The notes under the pieces were generated by a model, which did no database searches, was not told the DNA's origin, and saw nothing but the letters and a program-made list of their open reading frames with translations. A stretch of DNA of 38,240 nucleotides, taken from positions 1 through 38,240 of the IMG/VR virus record IMGVR_UViG_3300042923_000172; one strand, 5' to 3'. The stretch is from a virus (lineage: Duplodnaviria; Caudoviricetes). This document shows positions 29,979-37,671 of this stretch, piece after piece; position 1 is the first letter of the stretch; every line of letters begins with the position of its first letter. A program made the translations under genes and the position numbers.

Positions 29979-30110
29979 ATGTTTGAAATAATTAAAGATT
30001 TTTATGATAGTGGGTTTTATACCAAAAGTGAAATTGCAGAATTTACGGCGGCCGAATGGATCACACCGGAACAATATCAAGAAATAACCGGAGAAACATA
30101 CGAAGGATAA
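29979..30110 (+). CDS. XkdX-family protein (43 aa; not in ORF track)
   Basis: IKDFYDSGFYTK...WITPEQYQEITGETY. Confidence 0.85.
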   Translation: MFEIIKDFYDSGFYTKSEIAEFTAAEWITPEQYQEITGETYEG

Positions 30111-30134
30111 GAGGCTTTTTTTAGCCTCTTTTTT
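30110..30134 (+). terminator. Rho-independent terminator
   Basis: AGAGGCT-loop-AGCCTCT followed by a T-run. Confidence 0.7.
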
Positions 30135-30203
30135 ATTTATGCCAATCTATCAATATATGTTTTATAATGGATATGTATTACCATAATTTGAGAGGTGGGC
30201 GAT

Positions 30204-30485
30204 ATGGTGGAAAATCAAGTATTAAATAAATTGGTTGATAGTTTTGATGATTTTAAAGAGCGGTTAATACGGATTGAAGAAAGATTAAAAAACATTGATG
30301 ATATGAAAAATGACGTTGATAATTTAAAAATTGGACAAGCCCAAACCGATGCGAGCGCAAAGAGTGCGCATAAGCGGTTAGACGTATTAGAAGCAAACCA
30401 AACATGGTTATGGCGCACTGTTATTGGGGCTATTATTGTTGGTTCCCTTGGTGTATTGTTTGCCGCATTAAAGGGAGGGGCATGA
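30204..30485 (+). CDS. XhlA-like lysis protein
   Basis: Coiled coil, NQTWLWRTVIGAII, C-terminal TM helix. Confidence 0.8.
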   Translation: MVENQVLNKLVDSFDDFKERLIRIEERLKNIDDMKNDVDNLKIGQAQTDASAKSAHKRLDVLEANQTWLWRTVIGAIIVGSLGVLFAALKGGA

Positions 30486-30486
30486 C

Positions 30487-31134
30487 TTGCAAATTTCCCA
30501 AGTTGGAATTGATCTAATAAAGAAATTTGAGGGTTGTAGTTTACGAGCATATAAACCGGTAAAAAGTGAATTGCATTTTACTATTGGTTATGGACATTAT
30601 GGCCCAGATGTTAAAGAGGGTGAAATTATTACACAAGCCAAGGCCGATGCATTATTAAAAAAGGATTTACAACGGTTTGTTGACGGGGTAAATAAATGGG
30701 TTAAAGTTAAATTAAACCAAAACCAATTTGATGCGTTAGTTAGTTTTAGTTTTAATTTGGGTTTAGGCAATTTATCCACATCCACATTACTTGAATATGT
30801 AAATCATAACGATTTTGAAAGAGCCGCTAATGAGTTTGATAAATGGATAAAGGCCGGCGGGGTAGTATTGGCCGGATTGGTGAAAAGACGAAAAGAGGAA
30901 AAAGAGTTATTTTTAAAATCAACATTGCCGCAACCGACAAAACAAGAGGGGGTTATTAATTTGTATAATCCGGGTTCACCAAGTTTAATCCAATCGACTA
31001 AAAATGTATTGGAAAAAATGGTTAAAGAGGGTAAGTTAAATAAAGTTTGGGTAGATAAGTTGGAAAAAGGCGAATTAACTGTTAGTGAGGCAACGGCATT
31101 GTTATTTGTTGCTATTGATCGAGGCGCAGTATGA
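30487..31134 (+). CDS. Endolysin, GH24 lysozyme
   Basis: IKKFEGC, TIGYGH, QNQFDALVSFSFNLG, LAGLVKRRKEE. Confidence 0.92.
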   Translation: MQISQVGIDLIKKFEGCSLRAYKPVKSELHFTIGYGHYGPDVKEGEIITQAKADALLKKDLQRFVDGVNKWVKVKLNQNQFDALVSFSFNLGLGNLSTSTLLEYVNHNDFERAANEFDKWIKAGGVVLAGLVKRRKEEKELFLKSTLPQPTKQEGVINLYNPGSPSLIQSTKNVLEKMVKEGKLNKVWVDKLEKGELTVSEATALLFVAIDRGAV

Positions 31135-31325
31135 AAAAGAAAATTGAGGCATTAATTGAGGTGCGCAAGATTATCGCATTAATGTTTGCCGGTTTATTTG
31201 TTTATATGGCCGTTACCGAAACACTAAATGCAAACGATGTATTAAATATTGTTTTAATGGTTATTGGTTATTATTTTGGAAAAAGTACCGCATTGGATAA
31301 ACCAACAGAAGGAAAGAAAGACTAA
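31131..31325 (+). CDS. Holin (two TM helices)
   Basis: VRKIIAL...VIGYYFGKS, next to the endolysin. Confidence 0.75.
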   Translation: MKKKIEALIEVRKIIALMFAGLFVYMAVTETLNANDVLNIVLMVIGYYFGKSTALDKPTEGKKD

Positions 31326-31396
31326 CCAACGAATTATATAATAGGTTGGTAAGTTTTCAAGGGGCAAAAATATTTTGTCTCTTTTTTTATTTTAAG

Positions 31397-31440
31397 TGTT
31401 TACAATGTAAATAACACATGGTATATTTACATTGTAAACA
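31397..31440 (+). promoter_or_regulatory. SigA-like promoter flanked by two inverted operator copies
   Basis: TGTTTACAATGTAAATA...TATTTACATTGTAAACA; TTTACA-17-TATATT. Confidence 0.65.
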
Positions 31441-31458
31441 AACGAAAGGAGGCAAACA

Positions 31459-31578
31459 ATGGGTTGTATCGTGACGGGGTTCATAATAGTTGGGTTAATA
31501 TCGTTGGAATTTATCGTGTTTAAATGTTTGAGCAAAAAAACACAAAAGAAAATTTTAAATTTTATTGATGAAATATAA
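31459..31578 (+). CDS. Small membrane protein (39 aa)
   Basis: MGCIVTGFIIVGLISLEFIVFKCLSKK...; RBS AAAGGAGG. Confidence 0.6.
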   Translation: MGCIVTGFIIVGLISLEFIVFKCLSKKTQKKILNFIDEI

Positions 31579-31697
31579 AAACCCGTTGGCGGCGTAGACC
31601 AACGGGCGAGGGGTAAAGAACCGGATCAATAGGCGATTGAGGCCCGGCGTAATTAAATTATATACCGCCGGCCAATAATTAACAACGGAGGTTAAGA

Positions 31698-31919
31698 ATG
31701 GCTATACGAGTTTATTTTAAACAAGGTAATTTAACTAATTTTAGAGAAGTTGCACCCATTAATTTATTGGGTGAATCCGTTAGACTATTTTTAAAAGCGG
31801 GAGGCCGTTTTTATTTTAAAGTAGTTGAGGCCGGCCCGGAATACATTACAGGTTTTGACGATGAGGGGTTAAATTTAACCATCGCCGTTGAGGATATTGA
31901 TTATGTTTTAGGGGGGTAA
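31698..31919 (+). CDS. Hypothetical protein
   Basis: ORF track; RBS GGAGG. Confidence 0.6.
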   Translation: MAIRVYFKQGNLTNFREVAPINLLGESVRLFLKAGGRFYFKVVEAGPEYITGFDDEGLNLTIAVEDIDYVLGG

Positions 31920-31922
31920 AAC

Positions 31923-32150
31923 ATGGGTAAAAATTTATTGGAAGGTTTAGAAGGTAAAAAGGTTTTTCCGTTGTTTACTAAACAAGGATTGGCCGCACGT
32001 TGGGGCGTTGATCGTCAAACGGTGCAAAATTGGAGTACAAGGCATACGGATTTTTGCAAACCGATTAACGGCGTAATCGTTGGGGCCGGATCGTATTATC
32101 CTTTTTATGAGGTTGAACGTTATGAGACATTAAGGGGGTTGGGGAAATGA
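31923..32150 (+). CDS. HTH DNA-binding protein (AlpA/MerR-like)
   Basis: TKQGLAARWGVDRQTVQNW. Confidence 0.7.
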   Translation: MGKNLLEGLEGKKVFPLFTKQGLAARWGVDRQTVQNWSTRHTDFCKPINGVIVGAGSYYPFYEVERYETLRGLGK

Positions 32151-32284
32151 CATTAGAAGAATTAATGAACGAGGAGTTGTTAGAGGTTTTGAAAGAAGCG
32201 GTTGAAGAATTGCCGGGCGGTGGCGCAAAAGCTAGAAATTGGTATTGCGAAGTGAAAGAAGAAGTTTTGAGCCGTATGGATTAA
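32147..32284 (+). CDS. Hypothetical protein (45 aa), stop inside site C
   Basis: MTLEELMNEELLEVLKE...VLSRMD; ATGA-coupled. Confidence 0.55.
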   Translation: MTLEELMNEELLEVLKEAVEELPGGGAKARNWYCEVKEEVLSRMD

Positions 32285-32310
32285 TGAATAATCGACCGAA
32301 ATAGCGACAT
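32281..32310 (+). repeat. Cassette-boundary site C
   Basis: TTAATGAATAA TCGACCGA AATAGCGACAT. Confidence 0.7.
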
Positions 32311-32326
32311 AAAAGGATGTGGAGAA

Positions 32327-32911
32327 ATGAACGAAGAAATCCAATTTTTAAAGGATTTACAAAACGAATTAAAATCACAAGAAAATGACTGTCAAGCAAG
32401 CCCGCGTTTTTGGGTGATTAAAGACTACCGTAAAGTTGTGGGGCACGAAGATTATGACACTGGAAGCACAGAACACTTTCACAATGATGGTGACCATACC
32501 ACCTTTAAAAATTTCGCTGAGTTAAAGGTATTTATCGAGGAATATTTTGAGGAAGATGTTGAATCAGATGAAGAATTACAACAACTACTTTCAGATGAAA
32601 ACGAGAGTTTTTATGAATTGTGGGATTATGTTGAATCTAACCTCAATGACGATGGATATTTTTCTTCAGTTTTCATGAAAGAAGAAAGTTACCTTGTGCC
32701 TAACACGATGTTCTTGACTAAGGAAGAAGCTAAAAGACATTTGAAATTAAATAATTATCATTATTCTCCAAAGGCACACACCTACGCCATGACTGCATGG
32801 AGAGCACCTAAAGTAGAACGGTTATTGAAGTTATTAGAAACATTCGATTGGGATTCAATTAAAGTATTAGAAAAAGCTTATAGTGATGGTACTGATTACA
32901 AAAGAAGTTAG
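32327..32911 (+). CDS. Acidic hypothetical phage protein (cassette C-D)
   Basis: QENDCQASPRFW...MFLTKEEAKRHL...AHTYAMTAWRAP; stop inside site D. Confidence 0.75.
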   Translation: MNEEIQFLKDLQNELKSQENDCQASPRFWVIKDYRKVVGHEDYDTGSTEHFHNDGDHTTFKNFAELKVFIEEYFEEDVESDEELQQLLSDENESFYELWDYVESNLNDDGYFSSVFMKEESYLVPNTMFLTKEEAKRHLKLNNYHYSPKAHTYAMTAWRAPKVERLLKLLETFDWDSIKVLEKAYSDGTDYKRS

Positions 32912-32937
32912 TGAACAATACGATAAAACCACAAACT
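32908..32937 (+). repeat. Cassette-boundary site D
   Basis: TTAGTGAACAA TACGATAA AACCACAAACT. Confidence 0.6.
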
Positions 32938-33040
32938 TTCGGTTTCTAGGAGAATTGAGTGGTATGGTTTACCGAATGTCTTTTGAAATGGATATCGACG
33001 GAAAAACAAAGGAATATATGGTGATAGTTAATAACTTAGA

Positions 33041-33059
33041 TTAGCGAACAATTTGGAAA
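33041..33059 (+). repeat. Cassette-boundary site E (left arm only)
   Basis: TTAGCGAACAA TTTGGAAA, then RBS GGAGG. Confidence 0.55.
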
Positions 33060-33072
33060 GGAGGAATAAAAA

Positions 33073-33228
33073 ATGCAAGATAAATATCTAATCATTTATC
33101 AAAATTCAGCTTGTTTGTTTAGAAGAGAAATTGTCAGTGTAGAGGATTTGAGTTATTGGGTAGATAAAATCGTTAATGATTATAAAGGTGAGATTTTCAC
33201 CATTAGCAAATGCTTAGTTAGTGCGTAA
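33073..33228 (+). CDS. Hypothetical protein (51 aa; cassette E-F)
   Basis: MQDKYLIIYQNSACLFRRE...CLVSA; RBS AAGGGAGG. Confidence 0.6.
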   Translation: MQDKYLIIYQNSACLFRREIVSVEDLSYWVDKIVNDYKGEIFTISKCLVSA

Positions 33229-33247
33229 TTCGAAAATTTCACGACAA
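33218..33247 (+). repeat. Cassette-boundary site F
   Basis: TTAGTGCGTAA TTCGAAAA TTTCACGACAA. Confidence 0.55.
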
Positions 33248-33437
33248 AACAAAAATAGTTTTAATGACCATGCATTTTTTACTATATGGCCGCATAGCTA
33301 TATAGCAAGCATGCTAATAGCTAGTGAGATGATCCGGGAGAAATTTTCCCGGATTTTTTTATTTTTTCGGAAATCTATTTACAAAATTATAAAAATACGA
33401 TATTATCGCTAATATCAAAATGAAGGAGGAATTAGCA

Positions 33438-34070
33438 ATGAATAGATTTTCAAGGCCGGTAGCTTTTAATAAAACAAAGGATGTTGACGTTGCTATTTTA
33501 AAACATTTGGAAGGAGTGGCCTCATTTTCCGGGTATGTAAAAAAATTAATAATACAAGATATTAACGTTGGCGGAACAATGAAAAAAAACACGTTAAAAA
33601 AACACTTAGAACATATTGATTTGGATCGGGTTACGATAATCGAAAAATTACCAAAAACCAAGTTGCATGCAAGATGGGTAACAATGAAACATCGTTGTTA
33701 TGAAGTTACCAATAATAACTATGAAAATTATGGCGGGCGTGGCATAACCGTTTGCGATCGTTGGCACGACTTTAATTTATTTTTAGAAGATGTTTTTGAT
33801 AGTTATATTGACCACGTTATAGAATACGGTGAAAAAAATACAACGCTTGAAAGAGTGGATAACAATAAAGGTTATAGTCCAGAAAATTGCCGTTGGGCAA
33901 CACATGAGGAACAAGTTACTAACCGCCGTTATAGATACAGTTATGAATACAACAATAAAACATATAATACGGCGCATAGCTTGGCAATTGAATTGGGTAT
34001 AAGTACGCAAGCTGTAAATAACATGGTGAAAAAAGGAGAAGTAAAAAAACGAGCCAACAAGGCCCGTTAA
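33438..34070 (+). CDS. RHH-like domain fused to a YGGRGI-type HNH endonuclease
   Basis: N-terminal RPVAFN...SFSGYVKKLIIQD; C-terminal YGGRGITVCDRW...LERVDNNKGYSPENCRW. Confidence 0.7.
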   Translation: MNRFSRPVAFNKTKDVDVAILKHLEGVASFSGYVKKLIIQDINVGGTMKKNTLKKHLEHIDLDRVTIIEKLPKTKLHARWVTMKHRCYEVTNNNYENYGGRGITVCDRWHDFNLFLEDVFDSYIDHVIEYGEKNTTLERVDNNKGYSPENCRWATHEEQVTNRRYRYSYEYNNKTYNTAHSLAIELGISTQAVNNMVKKGEVKKRANKAR

Positions 34071-34183
34071 AATAATATCCAACTAATTTCTTCAAGTAAC
34101 CACATAAATCCAACACATACCAAGAGGAATAAGACTAAACCAGAATAAAGTAAAATAACTAATTTATTTTCGTTTAAATCCAT
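34067..34183 (-). CDS. Antisense membrane micropeptide (38 aa)
   Basis: MDLNENKLVILLYSGLVLFLLVCVGFMWLLEEISWILF; RBS GGAGG. Confidence 0.6.
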   Translation of the reverse strand: MDLNENKLVILLYSGLVLFLLVCVGFMWLLEEISWILF

Positions 34184-34517
34184 ATAAATCCTCCAAAACA
34201 GTTTTAGCGGTCGGGCAAGGATTTGGGCAAATTCTAGTAGAAGCCCAACCGCATAATTTTATTATCGTCAAACAATCACAAAACAATACATGCAAAGTTG
34301 GCCATTTCGGAATTAAAAACGGAATGGTTTTTTTATTTTTATTTTTTGTGTTTTTGGAATAGGACAAATTATATACGGAATATTCTTTATTAAATACCGC
34401 AACAGAAGAAAAACAGGAATATTCCAAACCGCCATTTATAAAGGTTTTGCGGTAGAAAAGAACATTCCTATTTTCAGAAACTATTTACGCAGTAAATATT
34501 AAAAAGGGAGTGGTGAA

Positions 34518-35795
34518 ATGATATTCGAGGTTGGATCGTCAATCATTATGGCCGGCATAGCGGGGTTTGCTTATTTTAAAACAAATGGACCGGCAACAAA
34601 TGACAAAGAAAAAATTCAGAAAATATTCGATAATTCAAATTGGACCGGCAAAAACGGCGAAACAATTCGATTGCACAGAAAGGCAAGTTTTAAAGGTGGC
34701 ACAGAGTATGTTTATCAATTGCCGCTAGGTTTTGACCGTAAAAAGATTGAGAGCCACAAACACATTTTAGAAGATGGGTTGAACGTTAAACAAAAAATTG
34801 AATTTGATCCAAGCGAATTATTAAAAATCAATTGGAGGCAACCGATCGTAAAACAAATTAGAAAAATTCTAACAGACAAGAAAACAGCTAAGAAGGAAAT
34901 AGAAATTAATTTTGATGGAATGTTGCGGATCAAAGTTTATAACGAACAAATGGATAACAAAATTGATTGGGCCGAAAGTATGTTAAAACCCGGAACCTAT
35001 TCGGTAGTTATTGGCGCAACAAGGGATGGCCTAATTTATCACGATTTCGATAAATCGAAGCATTTAATTATTGCAGGGGTTCCGGGGTCGGGGAAAAGTG
35101 TCGTAATGAAAATGATTATTATCTCTTTAGTTCTTTCCAACCCGAATAACGTTGTTTTTAGTCTAATTGATTTAAAGGGTGGCCCGGCGTTTGCTAGGTT
35201 TAGAAATACCAAACAAGTTAAAAACTTAGGAGTTGACAACGAACAAGCGAAAAGCATTTTAAGAGACGTTAAAGAGGAAATGGATAACATTTATAAAAAT
35301 GTATTAGTGCCAAATGGTTATGAGGATGTAAGTGAGGCCGGCATAAAAAAACGGCATTTTATTATCGTGGATGAGGCGGCGGATTTAGCAAGCGATAAAG
35401 AGGCTGTTGAGTTATTAACCGATATAGTACGAAAAGGAAGAGGGAGCGGCCATTATGTCATTTATGCCACTCAATACCCAACAGTCCAAACGGTTGCAAG
35501 CCAAATAAAACGGAACATACCGGCCCGGCTAACCTATGTATTAGATAGTGCGATTGCATCAAATGCGGTATTAGATACCAATGGGGCGGAGGAATTACCG
35601 GAGATACCCGGTAGAGGGATTTATAAGATGGTTAAATCGCAAATTATCCAAACCCCATTTATAAGTAACAAAGACATAGAAACACTAATTAAACCGCACG
35701 TTATTATACAAGCACGAAAGGATGGGCAACATGGACAAAACGGCGGCCAAGCAACAACGGATCGAAAACATTCTATTGAGTTTAAAAAGATTTGA
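34518..35795 (+). CDS. FtsK/SpoIIIE (VirD4/coupling-protein-like) ATPase with N-terminal membrane anchor
   Basis: HLIIAGVPGSGKS, IDLKGG, FIIVDEAADL, RKGRGSG, ATQYP. Confidence 0.9.
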   Translation: MIFEVGSSIIMAGIAGFAYFKTNGPATNDKEKIQKIFDNSNWTGKNGETIRLHRKASFKGGTEYVYQLPLGFDRKKIESHKHILEDGLNVKQKIEFDPSELLKINWRQPIVKQIRKILTDKKTAKKEIEINFDGMLRIKVYNEQMDNKIDWAESMLKPGTYSVVIGATRDGLIYHDFDKSKHLIIAGVPGSGKSVVMKMIIISLVLSNPNNVVFSLIDLKGGPAFARFRNTKQVKNLGVDNEQAKSILRDVKEEMDNIYKNVLVPNGYEDVSEAGIKKRHFIIVDEAADLASDKEAVELLTDIVRKGRGSGHYVIYATQYPTVQTVASQIKRNIPARLTYVLDSAIASNAVLDTNGAEELPEIPGRGIYKMVKSQIIQTPFISNKDIETLIKPHVIIQARKDGQHGQNGGQATTDRKHSIEFKKI

Positions 35796-36318
35796 TTACC
35801 TAACAAGAGCGCAATTACAATTTATCCACAATTTGAAAGGTGATCGAAACGCAAACCGCATTTTAACTGGTATGGATGAGTATTTACATCATTTTCGTCA
35901 TGGATTGGAAAAAGTTTATTATTTGAGCAAAGCGGGGCGGGAAAGAGTAGGGGCGGAAGTGGTGCGAAAAAAAACGCCGAACATTCAACACTTTTTATTG
36001 AGAAATCAATTGTGGATTCATTTGGGTTATCCGCACACTTGGGAAAATGAAATAAAAATAACTGTTAAAGATATTTCCGTTGTGTGCGATGCAAAATTTA
36101 ATATGAAGGATAAAAATTTAGGCATTGTTGAGGTTGATATATCACAACCAATGATTAAGAACAAAGCCAAAATAGACAAATATCGAAAGATTAAAGAAAT
36201 GACAGGTAATGAATTTCATTTGATTTGGGTAACAGAATTGGAAAGCCGAAAAACAAAACTATTGGAGTTGATGAAAGGATTGCCGGGGCATGTATTCACA
36301 TTGAAAGAAATAAAATAA
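35722..36318 (+). CDS. Replication-relaxation (Replic_Relax/MOBC-like) protein
   Basis: wHTH N-terminus (YLTRAQL...VYYLSKAG), HFLLRN, CDA...VEVD...KIDKY. Confidence 0.8.
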   Translation: MGNMDKTAAKQQRIENILLSLKRFDYLTRAQLQFIHNLKGDRNANRILTGMDEYLHHFRHGLEKVYYLSKAGRERVGAEVVRKKTPNIQHFLLRNQLWIHLGYPHTWENEIKITVKDISVVCDAKFNMKDKNLGIVEVDISQPMIKNKAKIDKYRKIKEMTGNEFHLIWVTELESRKTKLLELMKGLPGHVFTLKEIK

Positions 36319-36330
36319 GGAGTTGGAACA

Positions 36331-36459
36331 ATGAAACAGAAAGCGAAAAAACCGATCAAGAAAAAACCAACGAAAAAGAAAAAGATTTCAGCTAAACAAA
36401 TTGCTACCGCCGTTGGATTTGGATTTAAAGTTTATAAGGCCATTAAACGGAGAGGATGA
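36331..36459 (+). CDS. Small highly basic protein (42 aa)
   Basis: MKQKAKKPIKKKPTKKKKIS...; RBS AAGGAG. Confidence 0.5.
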   Translation: MKQKAKKPIKKKPTKKKKISAKQIATAVGFGFKVYKAIKRRG

Positions 36460-36986
36460 TTAACATGGCATTGTTTAAAAAACGTGAGGAAACGTATAAT
36501 TTTGGGGAGTTTATGCGTAAAGAGGGTAAATGTGCGCCGAAGGTTGAAAAGTCGCAAAAAGAGCAAGTTTTGGAGGTTGTAGAGGGGTTAGCAACAATGA
36601 CATTAGTTGCAACGGCGGCAAAGATTGTATTGCCTGTTAGTTTGGTGGGTGTGCCATTGGTATTAATGGCAAGTAAAAAAGTCATGGCGGCAACCATGAC
36701 CAGTTCACAAGTTATTCCAATTCAAGGCGAAGCTATTATGGTTGGTGCTATTCCGGGAGCGATTAAAGAGAAAATTGTTCATTCGTTTGATCCGTTAATT
36801 GATTTGATGGTTGGGTTATCGTTACCAATTGCCGGAGTGATGTTAACAGGTGGTGCATTAATGATATTGGTCGGTATGAAAGATCGTGGTATGCAATTAA
36901 TTCTTAATTCTAGTTTAGGTTATATCTTAGTTCAAATGTCACCGTTATTCATTAGCATGTTGGCCGGAATCGGTGGGGCTATTTAA
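36456..36986 (+). CDS. Membrane protein with TrbC/VirB2 pilin-like C-terminal half
   Basis: FDPLIDLMVGLSLPIAGVMLTGGALMILVG...LGYILVQMSPLF hydrophobic hairpin. Confidence 0.55.
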   Translation: MINMALFKKREETYNFGEFMRKEGKCAPKVEKSQKEQVLEVVEGLATMTLVATAAKIVLPVSLVGVPLVLMASKKVMAATMTSSQVIPIQGEAIMVGAIPGAIKEKIVHSFDPLIDLMVGLSLPIAGVMLTGGALMILVGMKDRGMQLILNSSLGYILVQMSPLFISMLAGIGGAI

Positions 36987-37042
36987 GATAATAAATATTC
37001 AGCATAACCTAATAACATGATGATAAAGAAATATAAAATCAT
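36983..37042 (-). CDS. Antisense membrane micropeptide (19 aa)
   Basis: MILYFFIIMLLGYAEYLLS; RBS AAGGAG 9 nt upstream. Confidence 0.45.
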   Translation of the reverse strand: MILYFFIIMLLGYAEYLLS

Positions 37043-37400
37043 TTTGCCCATCTCCTTTTAAACTGGTTGATAATTTTTATTATCGCCAGTCTTTTTGTTT
37101 TTATACATTTTTTAAACTTTCGTTTTTATTGCAAGCGGTTTTATAGTTTGTTAGTATATGTTTTAGGGTGAAATTGCATAACTTGGTTTGTAGAAGTACT
37201 AGAGGGCCTATGATTGGCCTTTTTCTCACCGTTGGGCCGATTTTCCGGGCGGCCGATCCAACGTATTCAATGCCCGGGCAAAGGTTACGGAAATAACCAA
37301 AAATACTTTATTCGTGATTCAGTATTTTAAATTCCGTTAATTCGACACTTTCAAAAATCCGGTTGTTAGGTGTAGCACCGGATATTTTTTTATCCTATGC

Positions 37401-37430
37401 GTTTACAAAGTAAACAAAGTGAGGTAATAT
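37401..37430 (+). promoter_or_regulatory. SigA-like promoter with GTTTAC-N3-GTAAAC operator
   Basis: TTTACA-17-TAATAT; same palindrome as at 4128. Confidence 0.65.
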
Positions 37431-37456
37431 GAAAATATTAACAAAGGAGGGGTAAT

Positions 37457-37606
37457 ATGAAAAAAATATTCGATTACGTTATTTTGTTAGATGATATTGT
37501 TTTAGATCAAGGTGAGGTTGAGGCTATGAATGGATTAGAGGCAGAGGAAGCATTAGAATGGTTATATCCTAATTCAAGATATGTAATCACAGAAAAACGC
37601 AAATAA
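37457..37606 (+). CDS. Hypothetical protein (49 aa)
   Basis: MKKIFDYVILLDDIVLDQG...; RBS AAGGAGG. Confidence 0.55.
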   Translation: MKKIFDYVILLDDIVLDQGEVEAMNGLEAEEALEWLYPNSRYVITEKRK

Positions 37607-37671
37607 CAGTAATAGCGATAGGAGCGGCCGCATATATTGTATTGTAAGACATTTCGAGGAGGTAATAGCGC

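Noticed and set aside
32281-33247. CRISPR array
   Set aside because: The repeats are degenerate, and the intervals are 130-630 bp and protein-coding.
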